Source of the DNA: the human T2T-CHM13v2.0 reference genome, Homo sapiens
Assembly: GCF_009914755.1 (NCBI RefSeq)
Contig: NC_060938.1
Length of the DNA stretch: 64,000 nt
Direction: 5' to 3' (one strand)
Shown in pieces: positions 1-12,640 of the stretch (position 1 is its first letter; each line of letters starts with the position of its first letter). The notes below the pieces were generated by a model, which saw nothing but the letters and a program-made list of their open reading frames with translations, searched no databases and had not been told where the DNA came from. Both the position numbers and the translations under genes were made by a program.

Positions 1-2810
1 CTCTCATAAGAAATGAGAGGATAATGAAAAAGCATTAACACACAAACAGTAACCTTTAAGAACTGGTACACATATATCACTGTCAAACAAAATAGACTTA
101 AGGCAAGAGCCAATACTACAAAGTAAGAAAGATATCTATCTCATAATAAAATAAAGGTCATTTTTCCAGAAAGATATAAAAATTCTAAATGTGTGTGTCT
201 CTAATTACACAGCATCACATATGTAAAGGAACAATTGATAAAGCTAAAAGACAAAGCTACAGAATTCACAGTCACAGTGGAATGGAAGACTAGTAAGCCC
301 TTTAAATACTTGATAGACTAAGCAAAGTAAATCCTTATGAATATTGATCATTTGAATAACAATTAACTGATCAACATAATATACTAGACCAAGAAATGAC
401 AGAATACACATTCTTTTGAAATTTACAGAACTGTTTATCAATATAGACAGTATGCTAGGACACAAAGCAAGTCCAAACAAGTTGTAAAGGACTAAAATAA
501 TTTAAAATGTATTCAATGATCAGCGTGGAATTCAGTTAGAAAGCAATATCTAAAAAGAATAAATAAAAAATAATGTAATATTTGCTATTTTTAAGATAAG
601 TCTGCAATTTAAAATAACCACAGGAAAATAACCACAATGGAAATTAAGAAGTGTTTTGACCTAAACTGTGATTTTAAAATGATATATCAAATTTGTGGGA
701 TGATGCTAATGTCATGCTTAATGGAAAATCATAAGCCTTAAGTAAATATATAAGAAAAAAAAAAAAAGAAAAGCCGAAAAGAAACCACTGATTTGAGCTT
801 CTAACTCAAGAAGCTAGACTATTAAAAAAAAATCTCAAATCCAATAGAAGGAAAAAACATAGGAAGATAAAGTAATTAAAAACAAATTACAATAGATTCT
901 GTAAAACAAAAAAAAAAAACAAAATAAAGATCTTTGAAAATGACTAACAAAAATTTGGACTCTAAGTAAAGATAATTAAGAATCAAAGAGAGAAAACAAA
1001 AATTTCAAATTTCAAAAGGTAGACACATAGTTGTGAAAATAAGAAACATCACTGTAGACTTTAAAGGCATTAATTATGGGAGCATATTATGAGATTTTCT
1101 CTGATAATAAAATTTAATTTAGATGAAATAGACCTATTCATAAGAAAAAAAGTATGGCAGTTGACACAAAAAACTAAAAAAAAAAACCTATATCTATTTC
1201 AAAAATAAATTTGTAAATATAAATATTTCAACAAAGAAATATCTAGAACTACAATATTTTACCGTGAATTTTTCTAAAATTATTAGGAATAAAAATTATC
1301 TTAGAAAAATGTTTAAGATATTTTGAAAAGATGGGATACATTTGAACTCATTTTTTGAGGTGAACATACATTTGGTACAAAAATGTGACAAAGAAAAGAA
1401 AACAAAGTTACCGGTCAAGCTTTCTCAGAAAAATATATGCTCAAGAAATAACAAATTTAATGCAGTATTACATTACAAAAAATTATAATCACAGCTGAAT
1501 TGGGCTTATTTCTGTAATTAGGGATTGGTTTAACATTTAAAATAATAGTGTAAGTTAAGGATTAATAGAAAAATTAAATTCAAAGTTGATAATCTAAAAA
1601 GATGTTGAAAATAAAATTCAACACATGCTGAAATGAATCTTAGTAACAAACTAGAAATAAAAAGCTCTTTCCTATTAGAGAAAACATGAAAGTTATTATT
1701 CTTATGTGATACTAGTATTAATACCAATATTTTAATTGATATAATAAATTTAATCAATAATACAATATTAATTATGTAATATTTTTTGTAATCTATAAAT
1801 GAATCAAGAGTAAAGTTTACAGCAATTTATATTCAGTGCAGTAAAGAAGAGTAAAAAATGTTATCAATGGAAAGGAACAAACTAGACAGCAACTATTTGC
1901 ATATGACACATTTGCATATTCAGAAAATGTAAAATAATATACCCAACATATTAGAATTAATAAGTTTACAAAGTCCCTAGGTTCAAGGTAATATAAATAT
2001 ACATTAAAAATATGTGCAAGTTCTCTAAGCTAAAAACTCCAAGGAAAAGGAAAATTAAAATCTCAAAAAGAAAAGATACACATCATGATAAAAAATTGAA
2101 GTCAATTTTGTAAATATGTAAAATCTCCTCAAATTGATTTTGTAAATCTCAATTAGAATCCAAGTTGTGTGTGTGTGTGTATGTGTAAATATTGTAAAAG
2201 ATTCAAAATGTATATGAGAGTGAAAGGACCAGAAATAGCAAGAAAATCTTAATAAATAAAACAAAACATAAAACAGTATCAGTTTTCATTTCATTATTAA
2301 GATAGGAAAAATATATGGATACAAATGCATACATATTCAATCACTTGATTTATAAGAGTAGTGACACTGAGATAGAATTTCCTATCTCCAAGGTAAAACA
2401 AATCAAAATTTGGTGACATATTTGTTGGTGAGGCTGTGGAAAAATAGACACTCTCATACACTGATGATAGGAACAGAAAATAGCAAAATCTATCTAGGAA
2501 GAAATGTAGCCATATCAAACAAAAGTGCATTTACCTTCTGATCAGTTCTAGGAATTTTTCCAGGGATAAATTAGAAAAAAATGCAAAAATCTACATAATG
2601 TTTATTCAATAAATTAGTAGATTTAATAGGCTAGTACTCAAAACTACTCATGTGTCTATCAATAAGGAAATTTTTAACTAAGGTCTAATGTTACATACAG
2701 TTGATTATGATGCAGCTATAACAAAGAAAGAGGAGTGTCTCCATATACTTCCATAGATCTTTTAGATATATTATTCAATAAAATGCCAAGGTAAAGCAGG
2801 AAAAACATGA
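1..2810 (+). mobile_element. Old LINE-1 (L1M-class) fragment, ORF2 to 3' region, heavily degraded
   Basis: A-rich sense strand with L1 ORF2-like segments, e.g. ACAGAATACACATTCTTT...ATAGACAGTATGCTAGGACACAAAGCAAG (~399-470), ATATATCAAATTTGTGGGATG (~682) and TGTTGGTGAGGCTGTGGAAAAATAG (~2422). No intact ORF. Confidence 0.85.
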
Positions 2811-2852
2811 GCCAAATAAGTCTAAGAAAACCACATATAGGAACATCATTGT

Positions 2853-3237
2853 TGTCTTGAATCAATTTCTGCTGCTATCACAAAATACCATAGACTGGGT
2901 AATTTGTAATAAAAAGAAACTTATCTGGTTCACAGTTCTGTAGACTGGGAAGTCCAAGATGATGACACCAACATCTGGCAAGAGGCTTCTTACTGAGTCA
3001 TAATATAGTGGAAAGGCAAGCTAGCACCTGAGACAGAGAGAATGGGGCCAAACTTGTCTTTTTATCAGAAGCCCACTCCCAGGATAACTAAGCCATTTTT
3101 GAGATAATGGTATTAAACCATATGTGAAGATGGACCCTTCATTAGTTAATCACCTCTTAGAGGTTCTACCTCCCAATACCATTATATTAGCAATTAAATT
3201 TCAATATGAGTTTTGGAGGGGACATTAAACCATGGCA
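2853..3237 (-). mobile_element. MaLR solo LTR (MST family, MSTD/MSTC-like)
   Basis: TGTCTTG...GCTGCTATCACAAAATACCATAGACTGGGTAATTTG...GGGAAGTCCAAG...TTTCAATATGAGTTTTGGAGGGGACATTAAACCATGGCA matches the antisense MST LTR pattern. Length ~385 bp. Confidence 0.88.
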
Positions 3238-3850
3238 CTAGTCAAGCTGTTTAAAACAGAAAGTAAAAAATATATATATTAAAAATGGTCAGAGAAAAAG
3301 GTAGATTTACATTGAGGAAAACCACAAAAAAATGATGGCTAATTTATTAACACAAATAAAAAAAGGACAGAAAAATATAAAATAATTAAATTTATAATGA
3401 GAAAAGTTAAAATTATGTCAAAATAGAGCAACACATGCTTAAAGACCCGCGAGTGAAACAGAAACATTAGCAATATTAGAAACTGCTTTAAACTAAATGA
3501 TAATGAAAATAAAACTTATCAAACTTTATGGCAAACAGCTAAAGCAAAGCACAGATGAAAATGTATACAGGCCGGGTGTGGAGGCTGACGCCTGTAATCC
3601 CAGTGCTTTAGGAGGCCGAGGTGGGTGGATCACCTGAGGTCAGGAGTTGGAGACCAGCCTGGCCATCATGGTGAAACCCCGTCTCTACCAAAAATACAAA
3701 AATTAGCCAGGCATGGTGGTGTGTGCCTGTAATCCCAGCTACTCAGGAGGCTGAAGCAGGAAAATTACTTAAACCCAGGAGGTCGAGATTGCAATGAGCT
3801 GAGATTGTGCCAGTGCACTCCAGCCTGGCCAACAGAGCGAGATACTTTCT

Positions 3851-3889
<39 letters not shown>

Positions 3890-6340
3890 AAAGAAAGAAA
3901 GAGAAAAAGAAACTATAGGTACTTTTAAGTGCTCATATTTAATGTGAAAAATGTGTACAATTAATGATCTATGTTCCCGCATTAGGAAGCTAGCACAAAA
4001 AAGGAGAAAAATTAAAACAAATTATGTACACAGAAGGAAGTAATAAAAATATGAGTTAAATGTCAATGACTTGAAAAACAGCAAAACAACAAAATCAGTG
4101 AAAACAAAATCTGGTTCTTTGAACAGATCAGTAAAGTTAGTCTCATCAGGAAAAAGGAATGTGCAAAAAATATCAAGATCTGAAATTAAAAATTACCATC
4201 ACTCCTGATCATATAATCATTAAAAAGATAATATAATATTATAAACATTATATTAAAATCAGACAACATGTATAACATGAAATGTTTAATTTAAGAAACA
4301 ATTAGCAATATTGACTCAAAAAGCAAAACATCACCACAAACAAAAACAGTAACAAAATAAAGACCCAGATGACATCAGTGGTGAATAAATTCCTGCAGAC
4401 CTTTGAGAAGAATAATACCAACTGTAAAATACACTTTCAAAAAAAAAAAGAGAAAAAAATCACTTTCCAGCTCCAGTATTAACAATGAAAATAGAAATTT
4501 TACTACAGACTCCATAGGTTTTAAAAAGATAATAAGCAAATATGAAAATAACTCTAGGTACATAGATTCATCAACATAAATTAGAAAAAAAATCATCAAA
4601 ACACATAAACTACTAAAATGTGTGCAAGATGACATATCTTGAATAGTTCTATGACTATTAAATAAATTTAATTTGTAGTTTAAAGGCTACTAATAGAGAA
4701 GTCTTCAAGACAGAAAGTTTTATTGGTGAATATACTGGTTATTTAAGAAGAAATAACACCAATTCTACACAATCTCTTCTAGGAAATAGAATAGGAAGAA
4801 ACACTTTCCAAATAGCATTGTCCTGACACCAAATCCAAACACAACATTGTCTTGAAAACAAAAGCAAACTATAAACCATATTCCTCCTGAATAGAGAAGA
4901 AAATCTTTCATGAAATATGAGCAAATTGAATCCATTAATGCAGAAAGAATAAATGGCACTATGATGATATCTAAGGTGTGCAATGTTGTTTTTCTCTAAA
5001 ATCAATGATGTAATTGTAATTTTAAGAAAAAAAAGAAATACATCGTTATGTTAATACACAACTCACTTGGAAAAATTCAAAACCTATTCTTCATAAAAAA
5101 CTCTCATCAAATTAGAAATAAAATGGAACTTCCTAAAACTGATAAAGGACATCTAATAAATTTTATGACTAAGGTAATACTTATTGGTGGTATTCAACAT
5201 TGTCCTGGAGGACTTAGCCATTTTAATAAGGCTATAAAAAATATAAGACATATGATTGGAAAGGAAGAAGTAAAACTATAAAGACACTTTCACCCTGCTG
5301 TCTGCAAATGCAGATTATCTTAGCTCTATTGTAGGGAATCTAACAAAAATTGAAAACTTCTAGAATTTGTAAGTTACTACAACAAGGAGGTATTATACAA
5401 AGTCAATACAGAAAAATTAATAATATTTATGCATATGATCAAGAACTAAAAGTTGAATTTAAAATACCACTTAATTTATCAGAGAAATATAAGCAAAATA
5501 TTTTAAAAGATGCTTCACTAAAATGAAAAAAACAAATAGCAAAAATAAACATAAAATATAATAAATCTCAATAATCATGGAACTACCATTTAAGACCTTT
5601 ATTATATTATTACACACCTATTAATATGCAAAAACATAAGTTGTGGTAGTATAAAATGTTGGTGAAGAACTTAAATAATGGGAACACTCATAGAGTAATG
5701 GAGGAAAGTTAATTAGAGAAACTACTTTGGAAAAACATTTTAACATGACCTAAGAAAGCTAAATATACGCTTTTCATCCCTCCATAAATGCCCTTAAAAA
5801 AAAAAAAAACCTGTATATATGTCAGCAGACATTTAAAAGGATTTTTAGAAGAGCATTGCTTAAAATAGCCCAAAATGAACATCTTAAATGTGAAATAAAA
5901 TAAAATAGATAAATAAAATATAGTCTAATAATACAATTATAACAATTAAAATGACTCAATTAAACTACAGCTGCCAACATAGATTGGATTTATATTGATG
6001 AGGAAAAGAAATGAGTAACATGAGAATGCACACAACTGACTGTATTTATATGAGGCCCCAAACCTAGCTATTTAAAATAATACATAGTATGTGCATATAT
6101 ACAGAGGTGATAACATTATAAATAAATCAAAGTAATGATTATCACAAAAGTCAAGGCAATGATTACCCTTACTGGGAAAGAAGGGTTCAGAACCAAGAAC
6201 ATAGCTCACAAGCTTAACTTGGTTGATGCTTAGGTGGCTTTTATTTTATTATTTTTTAAATATATATTTTATGACTCTTCTATATTCATTAGAATATATT
6301 TCATTAGAAATATTTCCAAGAACAAATTTTATAAAATAGA
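3238..6340 (+). mobile_element. Old LINE-1 (L1M-class) fragments: ORF1 remnant, ORF2 and 3' UTR, interrupted by an Alu
   Basis: ORF2-like ATGAAAATAAAACTTATCAAACTTTATGG (~3503), AAATCTGGTTCTTTGAA (~4107), ACACCAATTCTACACAATCTCTTC (~4756) and GGAAAGGAAGAAGTAAAACT (~5258). L1M-type 3' end at ~5900-6330. Confidence 0.82.
3570..3888 (+). mobile_element. Alu, full length (old AluS, right arm partly J-like), with 37-nt pure A tail
   Basis: Starts GGCCGGGTGTGG, has the A-rich linker and the GATCACCTGAGGTCAGGAG left arm. Poly(A) at 3852-3888. Confidence 0.97.
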
Positions 6341-6809
6341 ATAATACCACTTGCTTTTAATTTTCAAAGTTTATTTAAGTAAGACAGAAGGTTTAGATTA
6401 CTGAATAAAGTAGTTAGTAAAATGACCTCTTTTCATAGCGTAAATAAATATGAATTGTATTTAGAAATAAAAAAGATAGTTTAAAAAACAGATTAAATAC
6501 TGCTGTTTGCCTATGAAACTATGAGACTGTGTGTCTAGTTATCCTCTTTGAACAATCAGAATTAAACAAGAATAATTTTATGCCATCGTAAACTCAACAA
6601 AGCCGATATGCGCTACTGTGAGAGAGGGCGTCATGTTTACACGAGGATAAAAGGGAACGCCAACATTTATATAGTCCCCAAGACAAGCATCTATCTCCCA
6701 TGAAGAGAATAGAAATGTCTCATCCAGAAAAGATCACACAAAGACTATATACTTAACAATTTGGAGAAACTTTCTCCTACAGACAGACAGAACTAAGTCA
6801 GAGGAAGAA

Positions 6810-7085
6810 GCAAACATTCCACAAGCATTTATTGAGCACCTGATAGACACGATGCCACTGATGGTTAAAAAAAAAAAAAAAAGTCATGATTTGTGTCTCA
6901 AGAAGCTCTCAGAGTAATCAAAGTATCTAAAAATATAATTGCAACATCTGTAAATAAATGAAGAATAACTCTACGCAGTAACAACACTGAATAAGAGGTA
7001 ACAGACTTTATTAGAAAGCGAATTATGAGCCAACCTGAAAGACAATGCATTTGGAGTTTCCAGGTGGATGAACATGGCATTGTTT
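6810..7085 (-). mobile_element. L2 3' fragment
   Basis: ACATTCCACAAGCATTTATTGAGCACCT is the antisense L2 3' terminus, followed by degraded L2-like sequence. Confidence 0.65.
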
Positions 7086-7599
7086 AATATTATTATCATG
7101 ATCATAACATTATAGATAGCAGAAATTGTGTAATAAGAGTATAAAGATCATAATATCAATGATAAAATTAATATTATTTCATTTATCTTATTTGCAGTTA
7201 TAAACGATTAAATATGAGGACTGTATCCTAATAAAATGCAAATGCTCCATTTCTCCATGCACTCAGCATATATTAAGGGCCGTTTATGTGCTTCAGCTTT
7301 AGCAATGACAAAAACACAGTTCCCGGCCAGTCTCATAGATCTCACAGACCGATAGTAATGATTCTGTGCATTTCATTGTCAGTTCCTTCATACTTCTGTT
7401 TTCTTATTTTCACCCTCACACTCCATTTACATCTTCTTATTTGGAGAAAAGTCCCCTTATAATAAGTAGAGTGTAGGAATTCCTTCACTCTTGGATAGGT
7501 TCACAGAGGCTACAAATTAGTCTTTCTTTTTAGAAAATTTGGCCTCCTAATAATAACTCCCTTTATGGAGGCCTCACAGAGACTTTTGCCTTTCCATGT

Positions 7600-8140
7600 G
7601 GTGTTCAGAGATTAATGGGAATGGTGTCCACATATTTGTGTTACTGCCAGACTGCGCCACTTATCTGAAGCCAGTGTCGAGACCCCGTGACGATTAATCA
7701 CCTCTCCAGTCCCTGAAATAAAATCTGCATTGTACACTTTTTGGACTGAGGAGGGAGACAGGGAATGGTGTGGTTTGGGGCTGCTTCTCATCATTAATTT
7801 TCAATTATGACTGCAAGAACCATCCCCGTTAAGCCTCACATTGGAGGGCAGGGGGTAAAAAAGCCCCCAGGGAAGACTAATAATGGCCACATGGAGGGGG
7901 AAAATCTGGGACTTATAAACCCGTTTCTTTGAGAAAGAAAAATAATACACAATTTATAAAATTCCTCGCAGGGCGGTATAAAATATGTCCAAGCTAATTG
8001 AAAAAAAGTCACATAAAGGACAAAACGAGGAGGCTTTTTAAAGGCGTAAATAAAAATGACTGAGCCATACCTTTGCTTAGGGCTAAAATCATGAAGCTGA
8101 CTTTCTTCACTAGTTAAGATAATTGTTTCCACTTAAAAAA
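7600..8140. promoter_or_regulatory. Candidate conserved non-coding element / enhancer
   Basis: No recognisable repeat, ten CpGs in 7655-8046, and clustered homeodomain (TAATGG, TTATAAA, CGTAAA), EBF/AP-2-like and FOX motifs. Function is inferred only. Confidence 0.4.
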
Positions 8141-8660
8141 ATAATTTTATGACTGCTTCTTCAGTTCTACTGACACTTCTCTCTTAGCCAAAGGAAAATG
8201 TTTCATAGTCTTTAGAGGCCTGTTCAGGAGTTTTTCTGGTGTGAAACGGGCAAGCACAGAAGATCTATTCTTAAAAGAAAAAAAAAAAAAAGAAAAATCA
8301 GGCTCCCTCGTTAGACCCAAAGGAATCTGAATAATGAGAAACTAACTTTCTGTGTGGTGTTCTGTATTTTGGAAATGACTTTTATATAAAATATTCTCAT
8401 CTCACAACATTTTATGTTGTCAGTTTTATAGAAATCTCATTTTCCAACAAAAGGAACTAAAGATCAAGAATAAAAATCACATGCTCTATATAATAGGTTA
8501 GAGGTGGTATAGTCCAATTTTCATCTCCTGATTCTAAATACACACTTTATGTGGCATTTTGATGCCTTTGAGTCTTTAGAGATTGGATATTAAAGCATTT
8601 ATATAGTTATACTTTTTATATGAGCAGGCTGATATTATTTTTATTAGCAGAGAAGACCAT

Positions 8661-8700
8661 CACACACACACACACATATGCACACACACACACACACACG
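8661..8700. repeat. Interrupted (CA)n microsatellite
   Basis: CACACACACACACACATATGCACACACACACACACACACG. Confidence 0.95.
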
Positions 8701-10561
8701 CATTATATCATATTGGATATTAGTCACTTTTGAATTGTCCTTCTTTTCTTATTCACACTTTCTTGATTTATTTTGTTGTTTCTTGAAGAGTAATTTATTA
8801 TTGTGACTATTTTAGGTGGGGAAGTACCTATTCCCTCTACAAAAACTCTGTAGATCAATTTATTCTTTTTTTTACTTGGGCTTAGGCAATCAAGCATTTT
8901 CTCTAAGGATAGTGAATCCTGAATGAGCACAAGAAGGACCAGAGTCTTCTTAAAACGTGACCTTGGCCGTTGTTCTTATTACCTAACTTCTAGTACAAAA
9001 TCTTGCCTTTGGTCATTTTACCAAGTTTACCCTTCCACTGTCCTATCAATTCAATGATTACCTGATATTCTAATACATTCCCTGGTTGTCTGAGAAATCA
9101 GTATTCAGTTCCTGTGGTTTACCATCAAGAATGTGACTAATCTATGCTTTTTTGCAGCCTTGAATATTCATGGATTATGAAGACTCTAGCTCGATGCTAG
9201 TGCCTGTGATTTTAGATTCCAATAAAAGAACTCAATTTTTTTAGATATGAAATTAAATTTTGACTCAAAACATTGAAGATAGATAATCTTCTAAAACATC
9301 TCCTGGAACTATGATGCAACGTTCATTTGCTAAATACTGCAGTATCAATGCCATTATAACCCTTTTATTACATGTTTCCTCATCTGCCCTTAGACAAAGG
9401 AGAAAACATACATATATGTAAACATATATTTATACATATGTTTACATATGCACTAGATAGATAAATAGATAGATAGATCTATATATATAGTAGTTCAAAT
9501 TAGCACTTAATATTGGCTGAATAAGGTAAAAATTCAAGGGTGAGAAGACATTAAAAGTTTTTTAATGCACATATTTGATGACTGTGATGCATAAAGTATG
9601 AAATAAACAAATCTATTTATGTCTTTCTTATTTATCCCAGATAGGAGGAATTTTCTGCTACTAAAATATGTCTGTGTGTCATTTTAAATTGCAAATTAAT
9701 TGGAAAGTCTTATAATAAGAGTATATCACAAAATGTAAAAAGGAATATGTTACATAAATGTTATCTTTAAAAAAAACTTCATCTTTATTAACAAAGGCTT
9801 TGAAATAAATTTTAGGCCTGAAACTGTTAACTTTATCTTATTTTTCCATTCCAGATATTTTTCATCTAGGTGTCTGATTTTTGAGTAATAATTCTGGTTT
9901 GGGAGATAAAAATGGCAAATGTCATAAGAAGTGATCCTGTTTTTGTGGAATTTTCAGCCTTATTTTTAAGGCTCATTATTACTCTTTTATACTGTTAATA
10001 CTTTGTCCCCAAATGTGCTTTTATAGTAGCATAATACCAAAGTAAAACCGCTGGAGAACAGTAGATTTACGTAGTAAGTGTGTTAGAGGAAATCCCTCAT
10101 TGAGTGGCAAAAGCACGTGTTAAATTTCAAGTTTGATGAGAGTGACACTAGCCTTTATTTATAATGACAGCTGCATATAAGCTATGGAGACAAACTAGAT
10201 TTAGAATTTCCTGATGCTTTTGCTCTGACAATCATGTGGCAGGAAGGACCCTGGATTTGGATATTGAAGTAGAAAGTATAAATTTAGTTTCCCACTTACC
10301 CCTAGGGGTTAAGTGTAGAGTTTGACAGGTCAAGGCACTTGATGGAGTCAGAACAGGCCAGTATATGAAATCAAACATGCCCTACCTCCATTCTTGGAAA
10401 TACACCGATAACCCACTTTACATTTATTGAATAGTTAACTTGGATTTGCATTAACCAAAAAAAAAAAGAAGTTTTTCGGTGATAAAGGGAATATAAAGGA
10501 AAAATGCTCAATATTTGTTTTTAATTTTTGGTTTCACTCCTTGCAAATTTATAGAGAGGCC

Positions 10562-10716
10562 AAAAGGCAGGCAGAAGAAAGGCAGGAAGACAGGAAAGGA
10601 AGGAAGGAAGGAAGGAAGGAAAGGAAGAAAGGAAGGAAGGAAGGAAAGGAGGGAGGGAGGGAAAAGAATTAAAATCGAAGAGACAGGAAGAAAAGGGAAG
10701 AAGGGAAAAGGAAGTA
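10562..10716. repeat. (GGAA)n-type polypurine simple repeat
   Basis: AGGAAGGAAGGAAGG arrays, nearly all purine on the + strand. Confidence 0.92.
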
Positions 10717-10754
10717 AATGATTAATGCCTAAGTATTAGGCAATATGGCACATA

Positions 10755-10975
10755 TACTGAATCCCAGTTGCCTGAATTCAAATTATGATCTGGGTTTTAC
10801 AAACTGTGTGATCCAGGGCAAACTATTTAATCTGCTGGTGAGCCAGTTTAATCACCTGCAATACAGATCAAACACAGTAGCTACGTCATAAAGTTGTATT
10901 ACGAGTTCTAAACATTGAAATAAGCAGTGTGTTTAAAACAATGCTTGGCAAGCTGTATGTAATGTTTGTTATTAT
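10755..10975 (+). mobile_element. MIR SINE
   Basis: GCCTGAATTCAAAT...CTGTGTGATCCAGGGCAAACTATTTAATCT...CAGTTTAATCACCTGCAATA...TAAAACAATGCTTGGCA follows the MIR core and tail. Confidence 0.75.
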
Positions 10976-11249
10976 AATTAATGTGCTATTAATGTAGTTT
11001 CCACAATCCTGATGACTGCCTCAGGTGCTTGCATAGAGACTCAAAGCAGTTACAGAAATGACTTGAGATCTCCTGGTATCCACCCCACTCTAGTTTCCTC
11101 TCAGGTCAAGAGACTACCTTCATAGCAAAGGTGATTGACACAAATCCCTCCACTATCATTGCCTGCCTTCTCACATATTCTGTATTCTTCTGCTTCTTTG
11201 CAAAATCTCTCTTTTGGAGACCCTCTGGTCTTCCTTGAAAAACTCTGGC

Positions 11250-11730
11250 TTCTGTTTAGTTATGTCTTCCCCAAATTCATACATGGAAGTTCTAATCTCC
11301 AGTACTGCAGAATGTCACCTTATTTGGAAATAGAATTGTTGTATTATAATAGATGGAATTGGTTAAGTTAGGATGAGTCCCTACTGGAGTCATTTGGGCT
11401 CCTAACCCAATGTGACTGGTGACTTCATACAAAGGGGACATTAGGACACACAGATAGAGACACAGGAAGAACACCAAGTGAAGACTGGAGTTAGGCTGCC
11501 ATAGACAAAGAACCCTAAAGAAGTCAGAAACCACCAAAAGCTAAGTAAAAGACATGGAACAGATTCACCCTCACAGCCCTCAAAGGGACTTAAACTCCTC
11601 AATACCTTAATTTCAGACTTCTGGCAGTCACCAGGGTTGTGGAACTATATTAATAATACATTCATAATAATAACAAATTTCTGTTGTTGAAGTCTCCCAG
11701 TTTGTAATACCTAGCCTTAGGAGAGTAGTA
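11250..11730 (+). mobile_element. MaLR solo LTR (MLT1B/C-like)
   Basis: CCCCAAATTCAT...CAGAATGTCACCTTATTTGGAAATAG...GGAACAGATTCACCCTCACAGCCCTCA...CAGACTTCTGGC...AAATTTCTGTTGTT. Confidence 0.85.
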
Positions 11731-12149
11731 GTCTCATGGAGGAGAAATGCTGTCAACTATGCAACTTGCTATAGTTTATGCATGTTGGAAACCTCCTTCT
11801 GTCTGGAAATATCTCCTTCTGACCATGGTGTTGAGGCTTTCTCATGGCCATTGACACTGACAGAATATATTGCTTGTATTGCTGCATTTTCCTCACTGCT
11901 TGTAGGAAAGATTCTTAGTGGTTGTCTTGAGTCTTCTATTGAGAGAAGCTGCTCTATATTATTCCATGATTTCACTTTATATTGGGGAAACAGAAGAAAG
12001 ATAATGGCACTTGCAATTTGGATTTGTGAGTTTTGCCACTTCTAAAAGTGTAAACTTGAGAAAATTATTTAATGTCATCCTTCCCTCACTAAATAGTAAT
12101 GAAATAAAGATGAAAATAAATCACTGAATTACTGGCCAGAAGTGAAATG

Positions 12150-12640
12150 ATACATTTATTATCCATGCAGACATTTATTGAGTACCTACCTATAGACAGG
12201 AAACCAGGCAATGGATTTTTTTTAATGTGCAAAACAGAGCCTGCCTTCGAGGTACTTAGTATGCAGAGAGGAAGACAAATACACACATGATAACATAACT
12301 ACAATATGCAATGAGAAATGGTTGACTAGAGTTGTTTCAAGGTTCTATGTGAACTCAAGGAAGGAAGGTTTAATCATTGTCTAGGCTGGGGGGGTGGGTG
12401 GAGGAATGATCAGACAACACTTCAATTAGCAAGTATGTGTGGCTGGAGGAAGCTTCACAAATGTCATGACATTTGAACTTAGCTGTAAAGAATGATTGGC
12501 AATTTACCAAATGGAGAAAGGATGATAAGGAATGGGTACCTGGAATGTGCATACACGTAAGGGCATGATTTTAGGAAAAGTCTCAGTCGATGTGGCTAAA
12601 TGGCATGATGTACATATGAACAAGTAGCAGGAGATGTTCA
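12150..12640 (-). mobile_element. L2 3' fragment
   Basis: CATTTATTGAGTACCTAC...CCTGCCTTCGAGG...GGAAGCTTCAC...GACATTTGAACTTAG follows the antisense L2 pattern. Confidence 0.75.
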
